NCBI GenBank assembly: GCA_964291415.2
Contig: OZ219920.1
Coordinates: 928,001-992,000 of the forward strand
Length of the DNA: 64,000 bases
Direction of reading: 5' to 3'
Origin: Alphaproteobacteria bacterium
GTDB lineage: Bacteria; Pseudomonadota; Alphaproteobacteria; SP197
This document shows positions 18,574 through 28,590 of this stretch, piece by piece; the stretch's first letter is position 1; the number at the start of each line of letters is the position of its first letter. The notes under the pieces are model-generated. The model ran no database searches. It was not told the DNA's origin and saw only the letters and a program-made list of their open reading frames with translations. The position numbers and the translations under genes were made by a program.

Positions 18574-20661
18574 ATGATGCGCCGCCGGCGTATCGAGCAT
18601 CGGCTCCAGCCTCTTCTCGTACCGTCGTCGGTGGCGGTGGTGGGAGCGACGCTGCGCGAACATGCGACGGGACGCAGTGTCCTCGAGACCTTCCGCGATC
18701 TCGATTTTGACGGTCCGGTCTACCCGGTCAACCCGCGCTATGGCGACATTGCCGGCGAGATCTGCCATCCGTCCCTGGCAGACCTGCCGGAACCGGTCGA
18801 CCTTGCCATCATGGCGGTCGGCGATGCCCGTGTCGAAGACCAGGTGAAGGAGGCCATCGAGGCCGGTGTCAGGGCGGTGGCAATCTTCGGCAGCTGTGTC
18901 GTTCCGGGCGACAGGGAGCCGGCGCTTGCCGATCGTCTCGAGGCGATGCTGCGCGAGGCGGACCTGCCCTCGATCGGCGTCAACTGCATGGGGTTCTGCA
19001 ACTACGAGGCTGCCGTCCACGTCAATTCCTACCGCTTTCCGCAGCGTGATCCGGGCCGGATCACGGTCCTGGCACAGTCGGGGTCGGTTTTCGGCTGTCT
19101 CGCGGGAAGCCGCCTGAAACCGAACTTTGCGGCGTCTATCGGTCGGGAGACGTCGGCAACGGTCGTCGACTACATGGACTATGCCCTTGAACTCGGAACG
19201 GCACGGGTGCTGACCCTCTTTCTCGAGGCGATCCGCGATCCGCAGGGGTTCGAAGCGGTTCTCGAAAAGGCGCAGATGAAGGACGTGCCCGTGGTGGCGC
19301 TCAAGGCGGGCCGTTCCGACCTGGCGGCCCGCATGGCGGTGAGCCACACCGGAGCCCTCGCCGGAGATGACCGGACCATCGAGGCCGTCTTTCGCAAGCA
19401 TGGGGTGCTGCGCGCCTCGACGATCGACGAACTCATTGCCACGTCCCTGCTGCTTGCCCGGGCACGGGATGTCGCAGAAGGCGCTCTTGCGACGATCCAC
19501 GATTCCGGCGGTGAACGCGAAATGATCTGCGACCTTGCCAGCGATCTCGGCGTTCCGTTTGCCGTCATCGGCGAGAAGACGAGAGTGCGTCTTGGAGAAC
19601 GCCTCGATTACGGCCTCGAGGCCGAGAATCCCTGCGATGCCTTCGGCACGGGAATCGATCACGACGGCGTCATGCGCGACTGCTTTGCCGCCCTCATGGA
19701 CGACCCGTCAACAGCGCTGGGAGCCTTCTTCCTCGACGTGTCGCAACACAACGGCTACAGCCGCGCCTGTGCCGACGCCTGTCTGGCTGCGGCCTCGACG
19801 ACGACGAAGCCCGTGGCGCTCATCACCAACCACTCCGGCACCGATCACCACGAACTTGCGTGGGACTTCACCCACAACCACGACCTGCCGGTCCTCGACG
19901 GAAGCGTGCCAGGTCTCAAGGCCGTCTCCCATGCCTTCTGGCGCCGGGACTGGCGACGGCGCCCGGCCGATGCGCCCGTGCGTCCCGACACGGACCGTGT
20001 GCACCGCTGGCGGGACCGCCTGCGCAACGCCGATGAGGCGGCCGGTCTGGCGCTGCTTGAGGACTATGGCATCGCGACGCCGCGCCACGCGATCGTCGAC
20101 AGCGAAGAAGGCGTCCGCGAGGCAGCAGGAGAGATCGGCTATCCTGTCGTTCTCAAGACGGCGATGCCGGGCATCACCCACAAGTCGGATGTCGGAGGCG
20201 TCGTGACCGGTCTCGCCGACGAGGCAGGCCTGGTGAGGGCGTGGAGGACCATGGCCCGGACTCTGGGCCGGCGCTGCATGGTGGCGGCCATGGCCGGAGA
20301 CGGCATCGAGGCCATGGTGGGGATGACCCGCGACATCCAGTTCGGGCCCGTTGTTCTGGCCGGCGCCGGCGGTGTTCTCGTCGAACTCCTCGACGATGTG
20401 ACGGCCTACCGTCCTCCGGTCTCGCGCCTGGAGGTCGAGGAAACCCTTGCCGGCCTGAAGTTCACCCGGCTCCTCGAGGGGTGGCGCGGCCGCGCTGCCG
20501 TCTCTTCCGGCGCTCTCGTCGATGCAGTCCTCAAGATGTCGACCATTGCCCTCGAACTCGGGGCCTACCTCGATGCGGTCGACGTCAATCCTCTCCTCAT
20601 CACGGACCGGGGCGCCATCGCCCTCGACGTTCTCGTTGTTCCCCGCCCCGAGTCATCCTGA
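18574..20661 (+). CDS. Acyl-CoA synthetase (NDP-forming)/acetate-CoA ligase family, fused alpha-beta
   Basis: SVAVVGA, VYPVNP, AQSG, phospho-His motif SHTGALAG and ATP-grasp GYPVVLK...HKSDVGGV...FGPVV...DVNPL. Confidence 0.92.
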   Translation: MMRRRRIEHRLQPLLVPSSVAVVGATLREHATGRSVLETFRDLDFDGPVYPVNPRYGDIAGEICHPSLADLPEPVDLAIMAVGDARVEDQVKEAIEAGVRAVAIFGSCVVPGDREPALADRLEAMLREADLPSIGVNCMGFCNYEAAVHVNSYRFPQRDPGRITVLAQSGSVFGCLAGSRLKPNFAASIGRETSATVVDYMDYALELGTARVLTLFLEAIRDPQGFEAVLEKAQMKDVPVVALKAGRSDLAARMAVSHTGALAGDDRTIEAVFRKHGVLRASTIDELIATSLLLARARDVAEGALATIHDSGGEREMICDLASDLGVPFAVIGEKTRVRLGERLDYGLEAENPCDAFGTGIDHDGVMRDCFAALMDDPSTALGAFFLDVSQHNGYSRACADACLAAASTTTKPVALITNHSGTDHHELAWDFTHNHDLPVLDGSVPGLKAVSHAFWRRDWRRRPADAPVRPDTDRVHRWRDRLRNADEAAGLALLEDYGIATPRHAIVDSEEGVREAAGEIGYPVVLKTAMPGITHKSDVGGVVTGLADEAGLVRAWRTMARTLGRRCMVAAMAGDGIEAMVGMTRDIQFGPVVLAGAGGVLVELLDDVTAYRPPVSRLEVEETLAGLKFTRLLEGWRGRAAVSSGALVDAVLKMSTIALELGAYLDAVDVNPLLITDRGAIALDVLVVPRPESS

Positions 20662-20755
20662 TCGGACCCAAAGGTGGACCGTCGACGCGGTCCCTCGACA
20701 GGACCGGCGCGTTGATTGCCGACACGCAAGGACAGCCGTGGCCGACCGGCAGTGT

Positions 20756-22960
20756 TCAGGGGGGCGGGATGGGTTCGGGATCGAGGAAGCGGTTGACGAC
20801 ATTGGAGAGCAGACGGCTGACGTTGTTGTCGTAACCGTTGTGGGCGAGGGACCCGGCAAAGGCGATCGAACTGGTCGAGAAGACCGCGCCGCCGTTGGGT
20901 GTTTCGTAGAACACCATGTCGCAGCGCACGTGGGGGCAGTTCTCGCCGTTGACGGCGGAGTGCGTGTGAAGAAACTCCTCGTTGACCCAGTGAAAATCGA
21001 CGCCGAAATCGGTGGCTTCGGCGATGACGAGGGCGTGGGGCGGTGTCCCTTCCAGCGGGTCGATGCTGTCGATCTCGCTTCCCGCGGCACCGCCGAAGAC
21101 GGATCCGAAGTCGCCGATCTTCTCGTCGCGGCCGATGCCCTCGAAGATCCAGGCGGCACGCGGGTCCTCGCTCGCCGGGGTTCGCGTGTAGGGGCGGGAA
21201 AAGTTGAACCCCTGGGCGGCGAAGCCCGTGCCGCAGATCGATTCCGGACTCATGCCATTGCGCCGCCACAGGCCACCAAGCTCTCCGTTGAAACTCATGA
21301 CGTACTCGCCCGGCGAGGCGATCCAGCTGCGCATGCCGTCCTCGGCCCGCCGCATTTCCATGACCCCGGGAAGAGTCGGGTGTAGCGCCACCCGCCAGTA
21401 GAAACCATTGCCGCCCATGTAGATGAAGCGGCCGCCCCGCTGCTGGTAGTGAAGCAGGGCCTGCATCATTCCCGTGGTGGTGTACTCGGGATGCGTCGTC
21501 GTCATGACTGCGGCGTAGGGTTCGAGAAGGGCCACACCCTCGGCGTCAAGATCGTCATCGGTGATGACATCGAAGGCAATCCCCTGTTCCTCGAGCCAGT
21601 CGGTGATGTGGGTGTCGGCGTTGTACTGCCAGAGATCGTCGCGTGGCCCCATGCGCAGGAACGGCCGCAGACGCGAGGCATAGGCCACGCCGGAGCCGTC
21701 GCTGTGGTTGTCATACATCGACAGTCCATGCTCCGGGTGCATGTGAAGATGAATGTCGGTCATGTCGATCGCGCTGAACTCGTTGCTGGAATGCTCGCCC
21801 ATGTCACCCCAACCGATCGCCATGTGATTGTTGACGTAGGCGTAGTAGCTGCAGGTGGCAATCAGCAGGGCCAGGCGTGCCCCCGGACGTCCCGTCGGCG
21901 GACGGACATAGAAGGGGATGTAGAACCACTGGTCACCCTGGGTCAGGAAGGCGGCAAACGAGCCGCTCCGGCAGTCGGCTGGCACCTGCCAGGTGGCGTC
22001 CGTTTCCCAGGCGCAGTCGTAGAGATCGTCGTCGTGGAAGTGGATGGCGCCGTAGTGTTCCGGCCGGCGGGTCCAGACCATCTCGCTGCCGTCGTGATTC
22101 CAGCCCTTCATGGCCCGCGCGGGCATGTTGACGATGGCGCCGTGAAGCCGGTTCGGCGAAATGTCGTGAGCCGTCACGCCACTCATGTCGCGGCTGAAAT
22201 CCCACAAGGCCACCACATCGGCGGCGATGTCAGGAGGAATACGCCGATCCAGAAGGTGCTCCATCTGGCCGCGGCCGAGCGCACGCGAGGTCACTGCCGG
22301 TGTATCGATCTTGCCATTGAAGAGACCGCCGACGCCATTGCCACTGTTGTGGCCGGCAACGATGAATGTGCCGCCGTTTCCCGGTCGGACACCGATGTGT
22401 CCTGTCATGCCCGCGCTGTCTGCATCGCCGGCATAGCGCACGAGGGGTTCCTGGGTGAGGGTGGCCTCGCCCGTTGCGGAATCGAATGTCGCGGCCACGA
22501 AGTACCAGTGACGTTCGTGCATGCTGGCGGAAGAGACCAGCGTTTCAATCCGGTTGCCATCACCAATTCGGAGAGTGAGCCTTCCGTTGAAGACGCCGAG
22601 CGCATAGCCCCGGCGGCTTCCGGCATCCCACGAGCCCATGATGGTCTGTTCATCCTTTTCGATGAGGGTCGGCCAGACCATGGCCTGCAGCGTGAAGCTC
22701 TCCAGAACCAGTTTCCGGGGGTGGTCGACCGCGACGAAGGAACCGACCTGGGTCTTCTGGAAGCGGGCCGGGTAGTCGCCATTCACCCGGGCTTCGACGG
22801 GCGTCTCCCTGAGGCCCGGTCCATCGGGCGTATCGTCGCCGCAACGGATTCGACGGATGTCGAGATGGAAGGTGCCTTCGTCCTCGCTGGACACCTTGAA
22901 GTTGATGGTTTCGCCCGGCTCGACACTGATCCTGTCGGCGTATCCGAGAAGCCGCCGCAT
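20756..22960 (-). CDS. N,N-dimethylformamidase large (beta) subunit family protein, paralog 2
   Basis: GYADRISVEPGETINFKVS, LamG-like segment, HYGAIHFHDDDLYD, YYAYVN, GLSMYD.HSDGSG, HPEY, YMGGNGFYWR, GSEID and GGAVFSTSSI. Confidence 0.92.
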   Translation of the reverse strand: MRRLLGYADRISVEPGETINFKVSSEDEGTFHLDIRRIRCGDDTPDGPGLRETPVEARVNGDYPARFQKTQVGSFVAVDHPRKLVLESFTLQAMVWPTLIEKDEQTIMGSWDAGSRRGYALGVFNGRLTLRIGDGNRIETLVSSASMHERHWYFVAATFDSATGEATLTQEPLVRYAGDADSAGMTGHIGVRPGNGGTFIVAGHNSGNGVGGLFNGKIDTPAVTSRALGRGQMEHLLDRRIPPDIAADVVALWDFSRDMSGVTAHDISPNRLHGAIVNMPARAMKGWNHDGSEMVWTRRPEHYGAIHFHDDDLYDCAWETDATWQVPADCRSGSFAAFLTQGDQWFYIPFYVRPPTGRPGARLALLIATCSYYAYVNNHMAIGWGDMGEHSSNEFSAIDMTDIHLHMHPEHGLSMYDNHSDGSGVAYASRLRPFLRMGPRDDLWQYNADTHITDWLEEQGIAFDVITDDDLDAEGVALLEPYAAVMTTTHPEYTTTGMMQALLHYQQRGGRFIYMGGNGFYWRVALHPTLPGVMEMRRAEDGMRSWIASPGEYVMSFNGELGGLWRRNGMSPESICGTGFAAQGFNFSRPYTRTPASEDPRAAWIFEGIGRDEKIGDFGSVFGGAAGSEIDSIDPLEGTPPHALVIAEATDFGVDFHWVNEEFLHTHSAVNGENCPHVRCDMVFYETPNGGAVFSTSSIAFAGSLAHNGYDNNVSRLLSNVVNRFLDPEPIPPP

Positions 22961-22986
22961 GCCTTGTTCTCCTCTCGACCGGTGGT

Positions 22987-25227
22987 TCACGGCAGGGCCG
23001 CGTCGGCGGCGAACCGGCGCACCACATTGCCGGTGATCCGTGCCACGTTGTTGTCGTAGCCGTTCCAGCCAAGGCTTGCGGCCCAGCTGATGGAGCCGGT
23101 TGAAAAGACTCCGGCGCCCGACGGCAGCGTGAAGTACACCATGTCCGCGCGCACCCTGGGATTGGCATCCCCGGTGACGGCTGCGTGATTGAAGACGATT
23201 TCGTCAGGCGACTGCATGTAGTAGGCGGAGTGACCGTCCGAACTCGCCAGCACGATGGTCTCCGGCGGCGTGCCCAGAGCTTCGTCGGCACCGTCGAGTT
23301 CGATGCCGGCTGCTCCACCGCCCAGGACACCGAAGTCGCCGATGATATCGCCCTCGACGCCCTCGAGGATCCAGGAAGCACGGGGGTTGTCGTCGATGCC
23401 CGGTTTCTTGACGAACCAGCCCGACCGATCGAAACCTGTGGCGAAGGTGCCGATGCCGACGAGTGACTGCGGAGGCCGGCCGATGTGCTTCCACAATCCT
23501 CCCCTTTCGCCGCTGAAGGAGAGATGGTACTCGCCCGGGCGGGAGGCCCAGAAACGCGCTCCCGCCTCCGGACGACGCACCTCGATGGCCTCGCCGCCGC
23601 GCGTGGGATGACAGGCGATGCGCCAGTAGAACCCGTTTCCGCCAAGGTACATCAGCCTGCCGCCGCGATCGAAATAGGCGGCCAGCGCATCCAGCATGTC
23701 GGTCGTCCAGTACTCCGGGTGAGTCCCGGTGATGATGACCCGGTAGTCGGCGAGAGCCGCGATGCCATCCTCGTGAACGTCCTCGTCCGAGACGACGTCG
23801 AACGGAATGCCGGAAGCCTCCAGCCAGTCGGTGACGTGCGTGTCCGCGTTGAAGCTCCAGATAGTCGATTTCGGGCTGTAGTTGTTCACCAGCGGCCGCA
23901 GCCGCGAACTGTAGAACACCCCCGATCCGTCACGATGCGTGTCATAGGTCGACAGCCCGAGGTCGCGCCGTTCGTGGAGGAAGAGTTCGTCGGGACCGTA
24001 GTCGATGATCCGTCCGCGTTTCACCTCCGCCTTCTCCTCGTCCAGTTGCCAGTGGTTGTTGGCGTAGGCCAGCCAGGTGGCCGTGGAGGCGAGAAAGGCA
24101 ACGCGTTCCCTGGGCGCTCCGCGCCCGGGCACGATGAGAAAGGGAATGTGGCACGTGTCATCGCCGGCCTGGCAATGCGCGGCATAGACTCCGCTGGCAA
24201 GAGACTCGGGCACGGTCATGGATACGGTGGTTCGCCAGCCGGCGTCGAAGAGGTCGTCGTCGTGAAAGTGGATGGCTGCGTAGTGGTCGGGACACTCCCT
24301 CCAGTCATGGCAGGACCCATCCCATTGCCGCCCGGTCACGCCTCGCGAGGGAAGGTTGACGAGACGGCCGTGAAGGGCGTTGCCGGAACGGTCGGGGAAG
24401 GTGTCGGAGGAGATGTCGGCCGCGAAGTCCCAGGCGCCGACAACCCCGTCGGCCGGTGTCGGCCCGGACCGTGCCAGCGCCGCCATCTCGTGATCTTCGA
24501 GAACCCTTGAAGCAAGGCGCGGACTGTCTATGCGCCCGTTGAAGTGTCCGACCATGCGCCGTCTTCCATCCTCATGCCACCCGGTCTGCCAGGCAGCCAT
24601 GTGGAGATCATGATCGGCCGCGAAGACCACGCCGGGCGGCGCCTGTCCCGTGACAGACAAGGGACTGCTGGACTCACCGGTATGAACGAGCGGTTCCTGG
24701 CTCAGTGTGACCGAACCCTTCGCTGCATCGTAGCGTGCCGCCACGAAGACCCATTTCCACGGTTGAAGGGACCTGCCGGTCGAAACGGTGACGAGGTCAT
24801 GACCGTCGCCCACCATCAGGGCAAGAGCGCCCGCCGAATCAAGCATGACGGCGAAACCGGGACGTCCCGGACCCGAGCCACGGCTGATGATGGCCTGTCG
24901 TCCGTCGCCGGGAAGCGTCGGCATGATGAAGGACTGGAACGTGAAGGCCGAAAGCCGGTCGAGGACCGGTGCGGAGGGGATGATCGCGTAGGAACCGGCA
25001 TCGATGCGTTGACAGGAGCCGCCGTGGAGTCCGTTGGCCGGCGTATCGACCGCAACCTCGCGATAGGGAGCGCCCTCGGGAGTCTCGACACCGCAGACGA
25101 TGCGAACGGTCCTGAATTCGAAGGTTTCGTGGTCTTCGAGACTGATCTTGAAATCGATGGTGTCGCCCGGCCTTGCACGAACGCGATCCGGGTAGCCCAG
25201 GATGCGTCTGCGGTAATCGAAGGTCAT
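22987..25227 (-). CDS. N,N-dimethylformamidase large (beta) subunit family protein, paralog 1
   Basis: GYPDRVRARPGDTIDFKIS, HYAAIHFHDDDLFD, WLAYAN, GLSTYD.HRDGSG, HPEYWT, YLGGNGFYWR and GIELD. Confidence 0.92.
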   Translation of the reverse strand: MTFDYRRRILGYPDRVRARPGDTIDFKISLEDHETFEFRTVRIVCGVETPEGAPYREVAVDTPANGLHGGSCQRIDAGSYAIIPSAPVLDRLSAFTFQSFIMPTLPGDGRQAIISRGSGPGRPGFAVMLDSAGALALMVGDGHDLVTVSTGRSLQPWKWVFVAARYDAAKGSVTLSQEPLVHTGESSSPLSVTGQAPPGVVFAADHDLHMAAWQTGWHEDGRRRMVGHFNGRIDSPRLASRVLEDHEMAALARSGPTPADGVVGAWDFAADISSDTFPDRSGNALHGRLVNLPSRGVTGRQWDGSCHDWRECPDHYAAIHFHDDDLFDAGWRTTVSMTVPESLASGVYAAHCQAGDDTCHIPFLIVPGRGAPRERVAFLASTATWLAYANNHWQLDEEKAEVKRGRIIDYGPDELFLHERRDLGLSTYDTHRDGSGVFYSSRLRPLVNNYSPKSTIWSFNADTHVTDWLEASGIPFDVVSDEDVHEDGIAALADYRVIITGTHPEYWTTDMLDALAAYFDRGGRLMYLGGNGFYWRIACHPTRGGEAIEVRRPEAGARFWASRPGEYHLSFSGERGGLWKHIGRPPQSLVGIGTFATGFDRSGWFVKKPGIDDNPRASWILEGVEGDIIGDFGVLGGGAAGIELDGADEALGTPPETIVLASSDGHSAYYMQSPDEIVFNHAAVTGDANPRVRADMVYFTLPSGAGVFSTGSISWAASLGWNGYDNNVARITGNVVRRFAADAALP

Positions 25228-25535
25228 TGAGAGGCCTGGTCCGGATCAACCCCCGTGTGCTTCTTCCAGCGCAGTCTGAAGATATACCACTCGGCCTCGC
25301 CCAGGTCCGTGAACACCACGTCCTCGTGGAGCGTCACCGGCACACCGCGCTTGCCTGGAAGCTGGGCGAGGCACCACTCCTTGTGAGGCACCGTGTTGAC
25401 CAGGACGTACTTGCCTTCGATGGGCTCCCAGCGCATGACATTGAGCACCTTCTGGAGTTCGGCGCTGTGCGGTCCGAAGGGGTTGCGCCGGAACTCCTCG
25501 GCAAGATCGGTGCGTCCGGGATCAATCTTGTACAT
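25224..25535 (-). CDS. N,N-dimethylformamidase small (alpha) subunit-like protein
   Basis: EF..NPFGPHS.ELQKVLN.MR...GKY...P..EW.LA.LPG.RG.P...VF....EAEW..F..RW. ATGA-coupled to the large subunit. Confidence 0.8.
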   Translation of the reverse strand: MYKIDPGRTDLAEEFRRNPFGPHSAELQKVLNVMRWEPIEGKYVLVNTVPHKEWCLAQLPGKRGVPVTLHEDVVFTDLGEAEWYIFRLRWKKHTGVDPDQASQ

Positions 25536-26152
25536 CGCCAGTTCCCTGTCGGCCTGAAGCCGCATCCTGCCACCCCCGCCACGGCTACGGCAAGCGCACC
25601 CGGACGCCATGTCGCGGACCCGATGCGGAGGGCCCTGCTGAAGCGGATGGCACGTTCACGGGAACGACGGACTCCGGGGTTTCCCGACGTATCGAGGCCT
25701 TCGAGCCAAAGCGCCCTTCGGAGAGGGATGCAGAGGGGCTTCGGGCGCGGCCGGCACCGTCAAGAAGAGGGCGGGCCAACGCCCCGGCACGGCGTTTTCC
25801 GGTGAGTACGACTCGAGTGGGTGCTCCGGCAGGAGTTGTCGGTCAAGGGCTTGCCCGGGGCATTCCAAACCGATTGCGTCAGCCACGGTTTGCACGCCTT
25901 TGGCCACCGCCGTGCCGCAACCGAACCTCAGGACCACTCCTCAATGGTGACTTCGAGGCCGTCCCGCCCAGTGCACCCGATCGCGGTCGCCCTGCGACCG
26001 CGATCGTCGGCGCGTCCGGTTGACATGCGCCGCGCTGACGCCGAACCGTGGCGCGGCAACGCCCGCCAGGGACCAGCAAGGCTCCACCCGGCCACGGGTG
26101 TCTCGGATGTGCCGCGCCGATCCCTTGTTATCTTGTTCTCCGGGCGGTGTTC

Positions 26153-27325
26153 CTAGAACCCGGCCTTTATCTCGTCGAACAGGACGATGTACTTCTCGCG
26201 CACTTCCGGTTTGATCTCGCCGAAAAAGCGGCTGTTTGCCATCATCGTGTCCGGATCCGTGATGCCGAGGTTGTCGAGGACGGCCGGATCGACCAGTTCG
26301 AACGACCTGGCGTTGGAGTGGCCGTAACCGTACATCTCGATCAGGTTCTTGCCGGACGCCGGCGCGAGCCAGGCGTCGATGAACTCATAGGCCTTGTTCT
26401 GATCGCCCGGGCCGTCGACAAGCAGCGTCAAGCCGCACACCCAGGTCCAGATGCCTTCCTTCGGGTTCATGTAGACGACGTTGACGCCCTGTTTCTTGAG
26501 CTCGACGATGGCGCTGTTCCAGGCATAGGACGCGACCATTTCGCCCGAGGCGAGCGCCTGTTCGACGCTGGTTTGATCGGTCCAGTAGAAGCGCAGGATT
26601 TCGCGCTGCTTGCGCAGGAGCTTCGTCGCCTCCTCCAATTCGGCATCGGTCATGTCAAAGGGATCCTCGGCACCGACCACGGAGCCGACGACGGCCATGA
26701 CGCCGTCGACCGAATCAAAGATGCCGAGGCGCCCGGCATACTTCTCATCGAACAGGATGGCCCATGACTCGTTCTTCTGGTCTTCCGTATCGACATACTC
26801 CGGCGCCAGATCGGGGCGGAACAGGACCGACGAGTTGCCCCAGTCGGCCGGTATGAAATAGGTCAAGCCGTCCTCGCCGATGCTGCCCGGCAGGACTTTC
26901 AAACTCGGGAAGACATCGGGGAAGTGGGTCAGCCGGCTGGTGTCGATCGGTTGCAGCACACCGGCATCGCGCCAGCGCCTGGTGCTGCCGACACACGGGT
27001 GGCCGATGTCCGATCGAAAGCCGGAGCGCAGCTTCTGCAACGCTTCCTCTTCCTCGCCGAACAGGGCAAACGCGGGCGTTGCCCCATAGGTTTCGACATA
27101 AGGTACGTAGAACTCGGGAAGCTCATAGCCGCCCCACTCGAACACCTGCAGCGAATCGTCGACCGGCAGCGATTCCTGGGCGCGCGCGCCGCCCGGACCG
27201 AACGTCATGGTCGCCAGGCCGACGCCGGCCGCGGCCAGTGCGCCTGTCGCCTGCCGTCGCGTCAGATCACCATTGTCGATACGTGAACGAAACTCCTGGA
27301 TGTCCATGGCTCTGGGCATGATCAT
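26153..27325 (-). CDS. Orphan PotD/PotF-family substrate-binding protein, probable Tat signal
   Basis: LTRRQA signal, VFEWGGY, LQPIDTSRL, IPADWG, NPKEGIWTWVCG and AYEFIDAWL. GAGAGGGGG RBS. Confidence 0.88.
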   Translation of the reverse strand: MIMPRAMDIQEFRSRIDNGDLTRRQATGALAAAGVGLATMTFGPGGARAQESLPVDDSLQVFEWGGYELPEFYVPYVETYGATPAFALFGEEEEALQKLRSGFRSDIGHPCVGSTRRWRDAGVLQPIDTSRLTHFPDVFPSLKVLPGSIGEDGLTYFIPADWGNSSVLFRPDLAPEYVDTEDQKNESWAILFDEKYAGRLGIFDSVDGVMAVVGSVVGAEDPFDMTDAELEEATKLLRKQREILRFYWTDQTSVEQALASGEMVASYAWNSAIVELKKQGVNVVYMNPKEGIWTWVCGLTLLVDGPGDQNKAYEFIDAWLAPASGKNLIEMYGYGHSNARSFELVDPAVLDNLGITDPDTMMANSRFFGEIKPEVREKYIVLFDEIKAGF

Positions 27326-27594
27326 GTCCCCCTCTCGTGCTGCGACATCATGTTGATGACCGCTACGGTAAATCAACGTCCAGACGGAATCCACGCACAC
27401 GGAAGCCGGACCGGACCCGAGGACGCTTGTCCTCCTCCGGTTCCTGCGTTGGCGAGTCGCGGACAATCACCGTGTTCCGGGCCACCCCGGACCGGTCCGG
27501 ATTCAGGCGTTTCCGGCAAGTTGACACGCGTTATCGATCGACGGATTGTTCGCCGCGACAATCATGTGGGACGTCACGGACGGGAGGTGCAGGC

Positions 27595-28563
27595 ATGCGT
27601 TGGTTGATCGGGGTTGCCACGTCCCTGATGCTCTCGGTCGGCGCTGTCATGGCGGCGGAGCGATGGGATCTGCCGATGGCGTACGCGGATTCGAACTACC
27701 ACACGCAGAACGGCAAGCAATTCGCCGAGGCCGTGGGCGTGTGCACCGGAGGCGAACTCGAGATCGTTGTCCATGGCGGCGGCTCGCTCTTCAAGGGCAA
27801 CGAGATCAAGCGGGCGGTACAGACAGGCCAGGCGCCCATCGGCGAACGCCTGCTGAGTGCCCACCAGAACGAAAACCCGCTGTTCGGGTTCGATTCGGTG
27901 CCATTCCTGGCGTCCTCGTTCGAGGCATCCGATCGCCTGTGGCAAGCTGCCCGGGACAGGCTGACGAAGGTTCTTCTCGAACAGAACCTGATCCTGCTCT
28001 ACGCCGTGCCGTGGCCGCCGCAGGGGCTCTACTTCAACCGGGAGATCACCGGCGTTGGGGACATGGCCGGGATCAAGTTCCGTGCGTACAACGCCGCCAC
28101 GGCGATGTTGGCCGAACTGGCGGGCATGGTGCCGGTGCAGATCGAAGCTGCAGAGCTCAGCCAGGCGCTGGCGACCGGAGTGGCGGAGGCCTTCGTCTCA
28201 TCGGCCGCGACCGGTTACGACCGGAAGGTCTGGGAACATCTGAGCCATTTCTACGATGTCCAGGGCTGGCTTCCGCGCAACTACGTGTTCGTGAACCGGG
28301 ACGCCTTCGATGCCCTGGACGACCACGCCCGGAACTGCCTGCGCGCCGCCGCGCTCCTGGCGGAGGTGGCCGGCACCACCAGGGCGCGTGAGCTCACGGA
28401 CTGGTATCGGGCGCAACTCGCCGCCAACGGCATGATCGTCCTTTCCCCTGACGAGCGGCTCGCCTCGGACCTTGCCGCCATCGGCGCTGCGATGTCGTCC
28501 GCCTGGTCGGAGCTGGCCGGACCGGACGCGGCCGCAATCCTCGAGGCTTTCGAGTCCGAATAG
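27595..28563 (+). CDS. dctP: TRAP transporter substrate-binding protein (DctP family)
   Basis: Signal peptide; WDLPMAY...NYHT, GGSLFKG.EIKRAVQTGQ, PWPPQGLY and GIKFRAYN. Confidence 0.92.
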   Translation: MRWLIGVATSLMLSVGAVMAAERWDLPMAYADSNYHTQNGKQFAEAVGVCTGGELEIVVHGGGSLFKGNEIKRAVQTGQAPIGERLLSAHQNENPLFGFDSVPFLASSFEASDRLWQAARDRLTKVLLEQNLILLYAVPWPPQGLYFNREITGVGDMAGIKFRAYNAATAMLAELAGMVPVQIEAAELSQALATGVAEAFVSSAATGYDRKVWEHLSHFYDVQGWLPRNYVFVNRDAFDALDDHARNCLRAAALLAEVAGTTRARELTDWYRAQLAANGMIVLSPDERLASDLAAIGAAMSSAWSELAGPDAAAILEAFESE

Positions 28564-28590
28564 CGGTTCGTTCCACGGCATGCGCGCCAG

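Larger units (their letters stand above)
15660..18806 (+). repeat. Tandem duplication with a unit of about 1,553 bp
   Basis: TCCCTATTG at 15660 and 17213; ATGs at 15766 and 17319 share the same 1,553 offset. The upstream regions, CDSs and post-stop TGAACGGTTC are homologous. Confidence 0.95.

Noticed and set aside
25600-26120. Riboswitch or small gene upstream of the dimethylformamidase operon
   Set aside because: GC-rich with possible hairpins, but I could not match a known riboswitch consensus and the ORFs lack features. An Infernal/Rfam scan would settle it.
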